From a virus (Duplodnaviria; Caudoviricetes), in IMG/VR virus record IMGVR_UViG_3300033407_000070, positions 1 to 36,830 of that record: a stretch of 36,830 nt of DNA. The stretch is one strand, 5' to 3'. Positions 1 through 6,672 of the stretch are shown here, one piece after another (position 1 is the first letter of the stretch; each line of letters begins with the position of its first letter). The notes beneath the pieces were generated by a model. That model did not search any database. It worked only from the letters and a program-made list of their open reading frames with translations, and was not told the origin of the DNA. The translations under genes were made by a program, and so were the position numbers.

Positions 1-9
1 GAGAGTGTA

Positions 10-378
10 GTGGTAGACGTGGAATCGGTAATCGACCGGGCGAAGCAGGTTCTTGGGGTCAGGTTTGATTCGCAACTGGCGAAGGCTTTGAAATTATCCC
101 AAAGCAATTTCTGCAACCAGAAAAACCGGGGTACGCTGGTCAAAGTCCTGCTCCAGTGGGCCGAAGAAAAGGAGGTCGATATCCAATGGCTCTTGTACGG
201 CGTCGGCCAGCCCAAGGTCACCGGCAAGCTGCGAGGGCTGATAAAAAACCTCGGTGAGACAATAGTTCTGACCGAGGATGAGGCTATACTTCTAGTCATG
301 TTGCGGGAATTGCCCAAAGAATCCCAAAACCGGCACATGGTAGAAGTCCGGCATGAGTATTTGCGGCACAAGAAATAA
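10..378 (+). CDS. Phage CI-like HTH repressor without C-terminal peptidase domain
   Basis: VIDRAKQVLGVRFDSQLAKALKLSQSNF...RG...DIQWLLYGVG fits the Phage_CI_repr HTH pattern; start is close to the window edge. Confidence 0.8.
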   Translation: MVDVESVIDRAKQVLGVRFDSQLAKALKLSQSNFCNQKNRGTLVKVLLQWAEEKEVDIQWLLYGVGQPKVTGKLRGLIKNLGETIVLTEDEAILLVMLRELPKESQNRHMVEVRHEYLRHKK

Positions 379-393
379 AGTAACTGCGGGAGA

Positions 394-615
394 TTACCCT
401 TTGCCGAGCAAGGCGTTCTTCTGCGCCGAACCGTCGGAACTGCCGAGGTGGTAGCCAAAGGCGGTGCCGACGAAACCGACCAGCGCCATCAGAGCGATGT
501 TGAAGAAATCCCGATTGACTTCCGGGATTTCGTAGACACACAACACGCCGATGACCGCCAGCAGCCCGCACAGAGACAGAACCGCCAGGATCGCGCCGAC
601 CAGATTGTTTTTCAT
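394..615 (-). CDS. Putative holin (2 TM helices)
   Basis: Two hydrophobic helices and a GYHLGSSDGSAQK tail typical of small phage holins. ATG at 615 has AAGGAG 7 nt upstream and an ATGA overlap with the upstream stop. Confidence 0.65.
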   Translation of the reverse strand: MKNNLVGAILAVLSLCGLLAVIGVLCVYEIPEVNRDFFNIALMALVGFVGTAFGYHLGSSDGSAQKNALLGKG

Positions 616-1109
616 TGCCATTCTCCTTCAAAGATGATGTCGAAATCCCGCCACTTGACCCACTCGTCGGCCAGCCGGTCGGGAGTCGTGCCGGTAAACT
701 GGCCGTGCCGCACGCCGAGGTGAAACAGATATTTCGCCACCAGTTCCGAACAGACGGTGAATTGGCCCTTGTGGGAAATAACCCGCGCCAGGGGGTTCCA
801 TCCAAACAGCGCCAGCCGCCAGAATGGATACGTCTGCCCTTTATGGTCGAGGATGACCTTCAATAACGCGGGCATTGGCGAACTCGCTCTTGGGCGGGCA
901 ATCAGGATCTTCCTCCCGCGGTACTGATCGAGGTGATAATAATCCAAAGTCTTTAACGCTTCAAAGGTCTGGCCGTTGTCGGCGGTGATGATCCCGGCGT
1001 GGTTGTATTCCGATTCCCCATCCGGCGAGTTCCAGCCGGAAACGGCGTTGATGATCTTGGCGAACGGGCTGCGGGAACAGACCGCGAACACGTCTCCCTG
1101 TTTTATCAT
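612..1109 (-). CDS. Permuted papain-like NlpC/P60 (YiiX/YebB-type) amidase/peptidase
   Basis: GDVF...YNHAGI (His) precedes VCSELVA (Cys), then a TP motif; start moved to ATG 1109 with AGGAGG SD. Confidence 0.8.
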   Translation of the reverse strand: MIKQGDVFAVCSRSPFAKIINAVSGWNSPDGESEYNHAGIITADNGQTFEALKTLDYYHLDQYRGRKILIARPRASSPMPALLKVILDHKGQTYPFWRLALFGWNPLARVISHKGQFTVCSELVAKYLFHLGVRHGQFTGTTPDRLADEWVKWRDFDIIFEGEWQ

Positions 1110-1122
1110 GTGCCCCTCCTGC

Positions 1123-1995
1123 TTATTTGGCGCGGGTCGCCTCAAGGCTGACCTTTTCTTTAATATGGTCCCAATAAAACCGCAGCCACCAAGCGCCCAA
1201 AGGTTTTGGTGGTCGCTCGTTTTCCACATGAAACCCGTTGGCGCAATCGGTAAATTCATCCTTGTAGGTCGGCAGGCAAATATGCAACTGCTCGTCGGTA
1301 AACTCTGCTCCTTTTTCGCTTAATCGCGCCCGACAGTATTCGACTTGCCACGCCTCGTGGATATGCCCACTCACCACGATTTGCGCGTCAGGCAGCCACA
1401 CGGCCCGCCTGTTGGCCTGAATAACGCCCTTGGTGACTACCCCACCGCCTCCGCTGCCGTGGCTGTAGTGCATGCTGATACCCTGTCCGTAAGTGGTCCC
1501 TTTAAACAGGAAGCGCACCCAGCCGCGATAACCGCCGCGCACGACCTTTGAGCCTTTGTCTTGTAACCGCTCGACCAGGGCGGTGGTCAGGTCGATTTCG
1601 TTGTGGCTGAGAATGGCTGTTTCGTGGTTGCCCGGTCCCATCAGCGCCAGATTGTCAAGATACGGCTCGAACAGTTTTACCCCGCTCCGCACCAGGCTCC
1701 CGAAATAGTCAGGGGTGATATTCTCGCCGCGTGTGCCGCCCTTCTTGCCGCGCCGGTCGTTCTTCCCTTGCATGGCACAAAACAGATCGCCAAAATCCAA
1801 AACCAGGGCCCCCCGGTCTCTGGCTTCATCGAGGTGCTTTTTCTGCATGTCCTGGCGCGATTTCGGGTTATCAAAATGCCGGTCGGCTGAAAGGAGCGCC
1901 CACTGTTCCCATTGCCGGTTGCGTTGTACGGGTACCCTGATTGTCGTGACGGTTGGGGAGTTTTGCTCTATCTGGAAACCGGTAGAATTGGTCAC
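1123..1995 (-). CDS. Calcineurin-like metallophosphoesterase
   Basis: DxH (SADRH), GD (FGDL), GNHE, SHG and GHxH (SGHIH) motifs in canonical order. Confidence 0.9.
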   Translation of the reverse strand: MTNSTGFQIEQNSPTVTTIRVPVQRNRQWEQWALLSADRHFDNPKSRQDMQKKHLDEARDRGALVLDFGDLFCAMQGKNDRRGKKGGTRGENITPDYFGSLVRSGVKLFEPYLDNLALMGPGNHETAILSHNEIDLTTALVERLQDKGSKVVRGGYRGWVRFLFKGTTYGQGISMHYSHGSGGGGVVTKGVIQANRRAVWLPDAQIVVSGHIHEAWQVEYCRARLSEKGAEFTDEQLHICLPTYKDEFTDCANGFHVENERPPKPLGAWWLRFYWDHIKEKVSLEATRAK

Positions 1996-2135
1996 TCAGC
2001 CTCCACCGTTACTTTGAAGGTTTTGCGCTCCTTAAACTCGGCCTTTTTCCCCTTGTTCCAGCGAGCTACCGGTGAAAAGTAACCGCAACATCTAGCCCAG
2101 ACCTCAGTCTTCCCCGTACACTTTTTGTCGCTCAC
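1992..2135 (-). CDS. Stand-alone NrdD C-terminal-like glycyl-radical peptide (47 aa)
   Basis: EVWARCCGYFSPVARWNKGKKAEFKERK resembles the class III RNR C-terminus (RxxGY...WNxGK..EF..R); GTG start with AAGGAG SD. Confidence 0.75.
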   Translation of the reverse strand: MSDKKCTGKTEVWARCCGYFSPVARWNKGKKAEFKERKTFKVTVEAE

Positions 2136-2274
2136 GCTCTCTCCTTCGGAAACCTGGATTGCGGCACGGTTCGCTGAAATGCGCGTGGCAGGTATTGCAG
2201 ACCTGCGGGCAGTCGAGTTCTTCACACACGTCGCAGCATTTGCGGTGGCGGTGGATCTCGCAAAAGCAGCTCAT
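2104..2274 (-). CDS. Cys/His-rich 56-aa metal-binding peptide (not in ORF track)
   Basis: Manual translation MSCFCEIHRHRKCCDVCEELDCPQVCNTCHAHFSEPCRNPGFRRRERERQKVYGED; ATGA overlap with the endolysin stop. Confidence 0.55.
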   Translation of the reverse strand: MSCFCEIHRHRKCCDVCEELDCPQVCNTCHAHFSEPCRNPGFRRRERERQKVYGED

Positions 2275-2816
2275 CGGCAGATCCGGCGGATGTTGTTAAA
2301 CCGGCGGTGCACGTCATCGGGCCGTTTGATTCCCCAGGGCAGGGTCAGTTTGAAAGCGCGGATATCTTCGGCAATGACGTTACCCAACCGCATAAGAAAG
2401 CTATGCATCTTGCCGCCCTTGCTCATGTAGAACTGGTTGTGGTAATCCCCAAGGTGCAGCTTGGCTTCATTGGTCAAAGTGATGCCCAACGATTGGCATA
2501 ATCGCAACGGGGTATTGAGACATTCAACCAATTGCGCCGCGTCCCAGCGGTCCACCACGTCAGGGGTCAGTTTGGCATTTAGTGGCCGGATATCGCCGGT
2601 CTGCTGTTTGATCTGGCGGATTTCGTCGGTAGTGAAGCCGCATTCCCGCAGACAGAGCAGGGCGTTCGGATTGTTCTGGGTGTCGAACTGGCAGATACCG
2701 AAGGAATAGCCGGATTTGCCGGTGCGTACGCCGTCCGGATCGGAAAAGCGGTAAATGAGTTGGGCGTTGCCGCCGAGTTCGTTCGTAAAAATCACTTCCC
2801 GGAAAAGACGGTTCAT
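2271..2816 (-). CDS. Putative endolysin, lysozyme-like fold
   Basis: NELGG (putative catalytic Glu) ...KSGYSFGICQFD hairpin motif; lysis-region position. Confidence 0.7.
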   Translation of the reverse strand: MNRLFREVIFTNELGGNAQLIYRFSDPDGVRTGKSGYSFGICQFDTQNNPNALLCLRECGFTTDEIRQIKQQTGDIRPLNAKLTPDVVDRWDAAQLVECLNTPLRLCQSLGITLTNEAKLHLGDYHNQFYMSKGGKMHSFLMRLGNVIAEDIRAFKLTLPWGIKRPDDVHRRFNNIRRICR

Positions 2817-2818
2817 CC

Positions 2819-3112
2819 TTAAACCCCGCTGGTCGTCACTTGCACCGTCAGCGCCATGCTTTCGGTCAAGCCGCCGGTCGTGGTGATCGTGTTAACCACT
2901 TTGTAACTGCTACCGGCTGAGCCTCCGGACAACTTAATCAAGGCATCGGTGGTCGTATTGCTGTCCTGTACCTTGGTTATGCCGGTCTCCACCACCCAGG
3001 AACTGGTGGCGAGGGTGTCGGCTCCGAGCCACTCCGTCCAGTCAAACTGGTAGGTCAGCACGGAGCCGGGGTGTTTGTTGATCGCGGCTCCGCTGTAGAC
3101 ATCGGTGTGCAT
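2819..3112 (-). CDS. Phage fibre adaptor (Gp77-like small beta-sandwich)
   Basis: KHPGSVLTYQFDWTEWL..DT...SSW...LSGG..G..Y.V.NTITT..G pattern; adjacent to fibre genes. Confidence 0.65.
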   Translation of the reverse strand: MHTDVYSGAAINKHPGSVLTYQFDWTEWLGADTLATSSWVVETGITKVQDSNTTTDALIKLSGGSAGSSYKVVNTITTTGGLTESMALTVQVTTSGV

Positions 3113-3122
3113 AAGTCCTCCG

Positions 3123-3488
3123 TTACGCCGGGTCGCCGATCTCTACCTTCCACGAACCGAAGGTCATGGTGTTGCCGCTGGTCAAGGTCTGCGAAGTGCA
3201 GGTCGTGACATAAAGCAGGTCGGAGGCGTCGCACAGGGCGACGTGATCCGCATCGCCGGTCGCATCGACCGTTACCCCGGTCTGTTCGCCGATGGTCACT
3301 TTACGTCCGGACGTGTCGCCGTTGGCTTTGGTGAAATCGGCTCCGTCGATGGTGATATCGGCCAGAGCGTAGGTCGTTACCGCTTCGGTGCGGGTGGTCG
3401 GCTGCGCGGAACAGGCGGTCATAACAGTGGCGGTGGCGATCTTGTCAAGGGCGGCGTCGAGTACAATGTCAGCTACGGCTTTGGCCAT
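3123..3488 (-). CDS. Small beta-rich fibre-associated virion subunit
   Basis: Start at MAKAVAD (AAGGAG SD); Thr/Ala-rich beta protein with distant resemblance to 21205-21945. Confidence 0.7.
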   Translation of the reverse strand: MAKAVADIVLDAALDKIATATVMTACSAQPTTRTEAVTTYALADITIDGADFTKANGDTSGRKVTIGEQTGVTVDATGDADHVALCDASDLLYVTTCTSQTLTSGNTMTFGSWKVEIGDPA

Positions 3489-3600
3489 GGTTGGTCTCCT
3501 TCTTGATGGTGGTCGTTTTACTGCGGTCGAAGAGGGCACGAACGTCTACATAGGCGTCGTGAACCTGCAATACGTGGTCGTCTTTGGGTGGTTTTTGCAC
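3469..3600 (-). CDS. 43-aa peptide carrying one copy of the fibre repeat (not in ORF track)
   Basis: GGAGG SD and GTG start; MQKPPKDDHVLQVHDAYVDVRALFDRSKTTTIKKETNHGQSRS. Confidence 0.5.
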   Translation of the reverse strand: MQKPPKDDHVLQVHDAYVDVRALFDRSKTTTIKKETNHGQSRS

Positions 3601-3608
3601 AATCCCTC

Positions 3609-4844
3609 CTAGTGGATGGCAAACAGTCGGTCTTCTGCTTCGATCTCGAATGTTCGATTCTCCTTGGCGATGACGAATACACGGTCGTCGGCCATGATTA
3701 AAAACACGCGGCTGCCCGACAGCTGCACCGGCAGGCCGGTATCGGCGAGCGTCACCAACTCGGCAATCTGGTCGTGCAGCGCATCGGAGACGACCAAAAC
3801 ATGGTTGCCGGTGAGCCCCGACTGACTGCTGATTGTGGCGTGCAGCGCGGACTGAACGGCCAGCAGATGATCCTGCTGCAAAGTCAATGCGGTAGCGCCG
3901 TGACTGTGCAGAGCGTTTTGGATGGCCAGTTGGTGGATGTGGTAGACGGTCTGGTTGTCGGACACCAGCACATGCCCGCCGTCATCGATCAGCAGGGCGT
4001 GGATCTGGGCAAGACTTACCGCCTCCACCGTTTGGCTGTGCTGCGCGGACTGGACGACCAGGGTGTGGTCTTGGCTGAAAACCGGCAAGGAGGTCGTCAG
4101 CGCATGGGTCGCACTGGCAACAGACAGGGCGTGGGCCTGGGAAACAGCCGGGCTCGTTGAGACCAGATCGTGGGCCGCACTGGCAACCTCTAGGGCAATG
4201 TTTACTGTCCAAGGCGGCTCGGTGGAGGTCGTCGTATGGGCGGCATCTTCGATACCCAGAGCGTGGGTTTGTGTGACGGCTGGCTCGGCGGAACTTGTGG
4301 TATGTGCGCCGCTAGAGACGGCCAGCGCGTGAACTTGTAAGAGTGTCGGTGTTGAGGCGGTCTGGGTGTGCGTTCCGTCGGCAACGACTAGGCCGTGAAT
4401 CTGGGAGACGGCTGGCTCAGCCGAAGAGATGGCGTGGGCTGCGCTGGCTATCTCCAGCGAAACAGCCGCATCCATAGCCAGGGTTGATGCTGTCGAACTG
4501 AGACTGTGCGCCGCACTGGCGACGGCCAGGCTGTGCGTCTGAGAGATGGCCGGTTCGGTGGAGGTGAGGCTGTGCGAAGCGTTGACCGGCGAAACGCCTT
4601 GGGTAATACTGAGGCTCGGGCCTGTCGAGGACAACGCATGGGTCGCGTTGGCGACAGAGAGGGCGTGGTTCTGGCTGATTGTCGGCGAGGTGGTGGTATG
4701 GCCGTGCGTTCCATCCGCAACCAGAAGTTCCGGCGGGGCCGCCAGACACGCGACTTCGATGTACTGCTGCGTCACCCGCGCATTGCGAGTATCCGCCGTT
4801 ACGGCAGCCTCTAAATACTGCTGGGTGATCCGGGCTATGGTCAT
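3609..4844 (-). CDS. Fibre core protein with about 15 His-containing 22-aa repeats
   Basis: Repeat consensus HxLxVxxAxHxxxSxxPxxxQx; 2x ARxTQQYxE at the N-terminus; 4x RxFxI 9-mers at the C-terminus. Confidence 0.8.
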   Translation of the reverse strand: MTIARITQQYLEAAVTADTRNARVTQQYIEVACLAAPPELLVADGTHGHTTTSPTISQNHALSVANATHALSSTGPSLSITQGVSPVNASHSLTSTEPAISQTHSLAVASAAHSLSSTASTLAMDAAVSLEIASAAHAISSAEPAVSQIHGLVVADGTHTQTASTPTLLQVHALAVSSGAHTTSSAEPAVTQTHALGIEDAAHTTTSTEPPWTVNIALEVASAAHDLVSTSPAVSQAHALSVASATHALTTSLPVFSQDHTLVVQSAQHSQTVEAVSLAQIHALLIDDGGHVLVSDNQTVYHIHQLAIQNALHSHGATALTLQQDHLLAVQSALHATISSQSGLTGNHVLVVSDALHDQIAELVTLADTGLPVQLSGSRVFLIMADDRVFVIAKENRTFEIEAEDRLFAIH

Positions 4845-5824
4845 GTAGAGACCTTAAACCCGGCTTGCAGAGCGTTGACTTTGGCAGCGGTCCATTCGGT
4901 GGCGTCAGGGGCTTCGTCGAGGATGCGAACTACTGCTGCTCCCGCTGTGGCAGGGTATGCGGTCGCCAACGTCGCTTCAGCTTGATCGTACTCGGCGCTG
5001 TCGTGTTTAATGATGGGCGTCAGCCCTCTGGCCCCGGCGTCGTCTTTCCGTGCGACAGTGACTAGAGAGATGGCTTTTGGCGTGTACCCAGCTGGTAAAT
5101 CCTCAAAACCGTAGAGGTCTTTGTGGTTTAGTGTATCGGATTGAACATAGGTGGTATCTCCATCATTCCCCATTATCATTGTATAATTATCAGTCCCGGT
5201 TGAAGGTGCAAACTGAACCGAAGTATCGGAAGAAGGGCGCATTAAAAGGCTAACAAGTTCGCCTTGAAAATCATTAGCAATGTAAAAATTATCCAAGTAA
5301 CCCGGAGCGTTTGGAGTTCCTAAACTAATTGCCGTTATGTCTTGTCCTCCTGTATTTACATCAACTAAACTTAATATAATTGCACCGTTTAGTTTTATTT
5401 CAACCGTCCCGTTTACTGTATCACTAAAAACTTTAACTTCAACATGACATAAAGCAGACGGGATAATAGTTGACCCTGTACCTATTAACGTTGTTACTCT
5501 GTATACTCTTAATTCCGTCGAGCTGTAATTTATTATTCTAATATCAGGACCGACAAATGAAAACATTGAAGTTAACAACGAAGTTGTAGCGTTTGTCAAT
5601 GTTTCATTTAAATGTGCTCCTGTTGCTTTCGTTTTGCTGGCAACGCAAGTTCTTGATACATAATAACTGCTATTTGACAGTCTTAAACAGTTTCCGTTAT
5701 TAAAACCTTTCGTAGCATAAAGAACACAATAAGAAGTATGCCCGACATAAGAAAAAAGACTATGCAAATCGCCAGTAAGAGCGCATCCCTCAAACCCTGT
5801 AAAAAATTCTATGCCGCTTGCCAT
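4841..5824 (-). CDS. Putative fibre tip/receptor-binding protein (lectin/LamG-like N-domain)
   Basis: FTGFE...HVEVKV...GTVEIKLNG...YLDNFYI beta-sandwich pattern; 5' two-thirds visibly AT-rich. Confidence 0.65.
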   Translation of the reverse strand: MASGIEFFTGFEGCALTGDLHSLFSYVGHTSYCVLYATKGFNNGNCLRLSNSSYYVSRTCVASKTKATGAHLNETLTNATTSLLTSMFSFVGPDIRIINYSSTELRVYRVTTLIGTGSTIIPSALCHVEVKVFSDTVNGTVEIKLNGAIILSLVDVNTGGQDITAISLGTPNAPGYLDNFYIANDFQGELVSLLMRPSSDTSVQFAPSTGTDNYTMIMGNDGDTTYVQSDTLNHKDLYGFEDLPAGYTPKAISLVTVARKDDAGARGLTPIIKHDSAEYDQAEATLATAYPATAGAAVVRILDEAPDATEWTAAKVNALQAGFKVST

Positions 5825-5858
5825 GTCACAACACTCCTTTGAAATCTTCCACGGTGGT

Positions 5859-6080
5859 TCATCCGCCCCCCCACTTGAATTTGAAACTGGCCCCGATCAG
5901 CAGTAAGGCCAGTATCCCGAGCACGACAAGGCTGATAACCCCCTTGATGAGCGCCGAGCGGGATTCCCGATAGATTTCCAGCAGGGTCTTGATGTCCTGG
6001 CGGTCCTCGTCTGAGAACTCGTGATTGGCTTTAACGGCCAGGGCAATCGCCTGGACATCCGCGTCGGTTAAGTTGCGCAT
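5859..6080 (-). CDS. Single-pass membrane protein (holin/antiholin-like)
   Basis: C-terminal TM GVISLVVLGILALLLIGA; helical N-terminus. Confidence 0.55.
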   Translation of the reverse strand: MRNLTDADVQAIALAVKANHEFSDEDRQDIKTLLEIYRESRSALIKGVISLVVLGILALLLIGASFKFKWGGG

Positions 6081-6083
6081 CGG

Positions 6084-6398
6084 TTAGCCCAACAGATCGA
6101 TCCAGAGGTTGCCGCCGGACGTTTCCTGAATCGCCGAAACCGCTCCGGACGGCACTTCGTAGCGAAACACGTTGGCCGGGAGGTGGATCGAAGGCGCGTC
6201 CGCCGTAGCCGTCACTCCGTCCACCCGGTAGAAACATTCGGTGGTGGCGTGAATGCGAATCAATTTACCGACGTAATCCCCGGAGGCGGCAGCGGCGGTG
6301 CCGGTATAGGCGACTTTGGCGGATGAGAGGGAGCGGAAAGCGCCGGTGGCGAAGCCGTTGCCGTCGATGGCTTGGGTAGCGGAAACAGGACCAGGCAT
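6084..6398 (-). CDS. Hypothetical small virion protein
   Basis: AAGGAG SD; beta-rich 104 aa; first gene after the 6411-6450 terminator. Confidence 0.7.
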   Translation of the reverse strand: MPGPVSATQAIDGNGFATGAFRSLSSAKVAYTGTAAAASGDYVGKLIRIHATTECFYRVDGVTATADAPSIHLPANVFRYEVPSGAVSAIQETSGGNLWIDLLG

Positions 6399-6410
6399 GG
6401 GGTCTCCTTG

Positions 6411-6450
6411 AAATAAAAAAGGCCCGGCGACAATTAAGTCACCGGGCCTT
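6411..6450 (-). terminator. Intrinsic terminator directly upstream of gene 6398
   Basis: GGCCCGGTGAC-TTAATT-GTCGCCGGGCC followed by TTTTTTATTT. Confidence 0.85.
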
Positions 6451-6492
6451 TATGGACAGTCCCTGACGGGAGGTCTTAGGGGGCCGTAATAT

Positions 6493-6538
6493 TCACGATT
6501 TCGTGATGTATTCTACATTAAATATACGGAAAGGACAA
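6493..6538 (-). promoter_or_regulatory. Sigma70-like promoter with palindromic operator-like site at the start site
   Basis: TTGTCC(6538-6533)-17-TAGAAT(6515-6510); TCACGATTTCGTGA at 6493-6506. Confidence 0.7.
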
Positions 6539-6543
6539 GAGAT

Positions 6544-6672
6544 TTATCCACTGTTTAACGCCCAGATCAGCAGCACGACAATTCCGGCCACCATCCACCA
6601 GCCGCCCGCCAGAAACAGACACCCCGCAAGCGTTCCTACCGCGACGTGTCCCGCTGCCTCTGCTTGTTTCAT
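6544..6672 (-). CDS. 42-aa hydrophobic membrane peptide (not in ORF track)
   Basis: MKQAEAAGHVAVGTLAGCLFLAGGWWMVAGIVVLLIWALNSG; ATGA overlap with the stop of the giant gene. Confidence 0.55.
   Translation of the reverse strand: MKQAEAAGHVAVGTLAGCLFLAGGWWMVAGIVVLLIWALNSG

Noticed and set aside
613-621. Met-Ala-Met dual start of the holin (lambda S105/S107-like)
   Set aside because: The SD is only 1 nt from the first ATG and the extension adds no positive charge; ATG 615 is the plausible start
3609-5824. DGR or invertible tail-fibre cassette
   Set aside because: No reverse transcriptase, invertase, near-identical TR/VR pair or inverted repeats seen; repeats are at the protein level only
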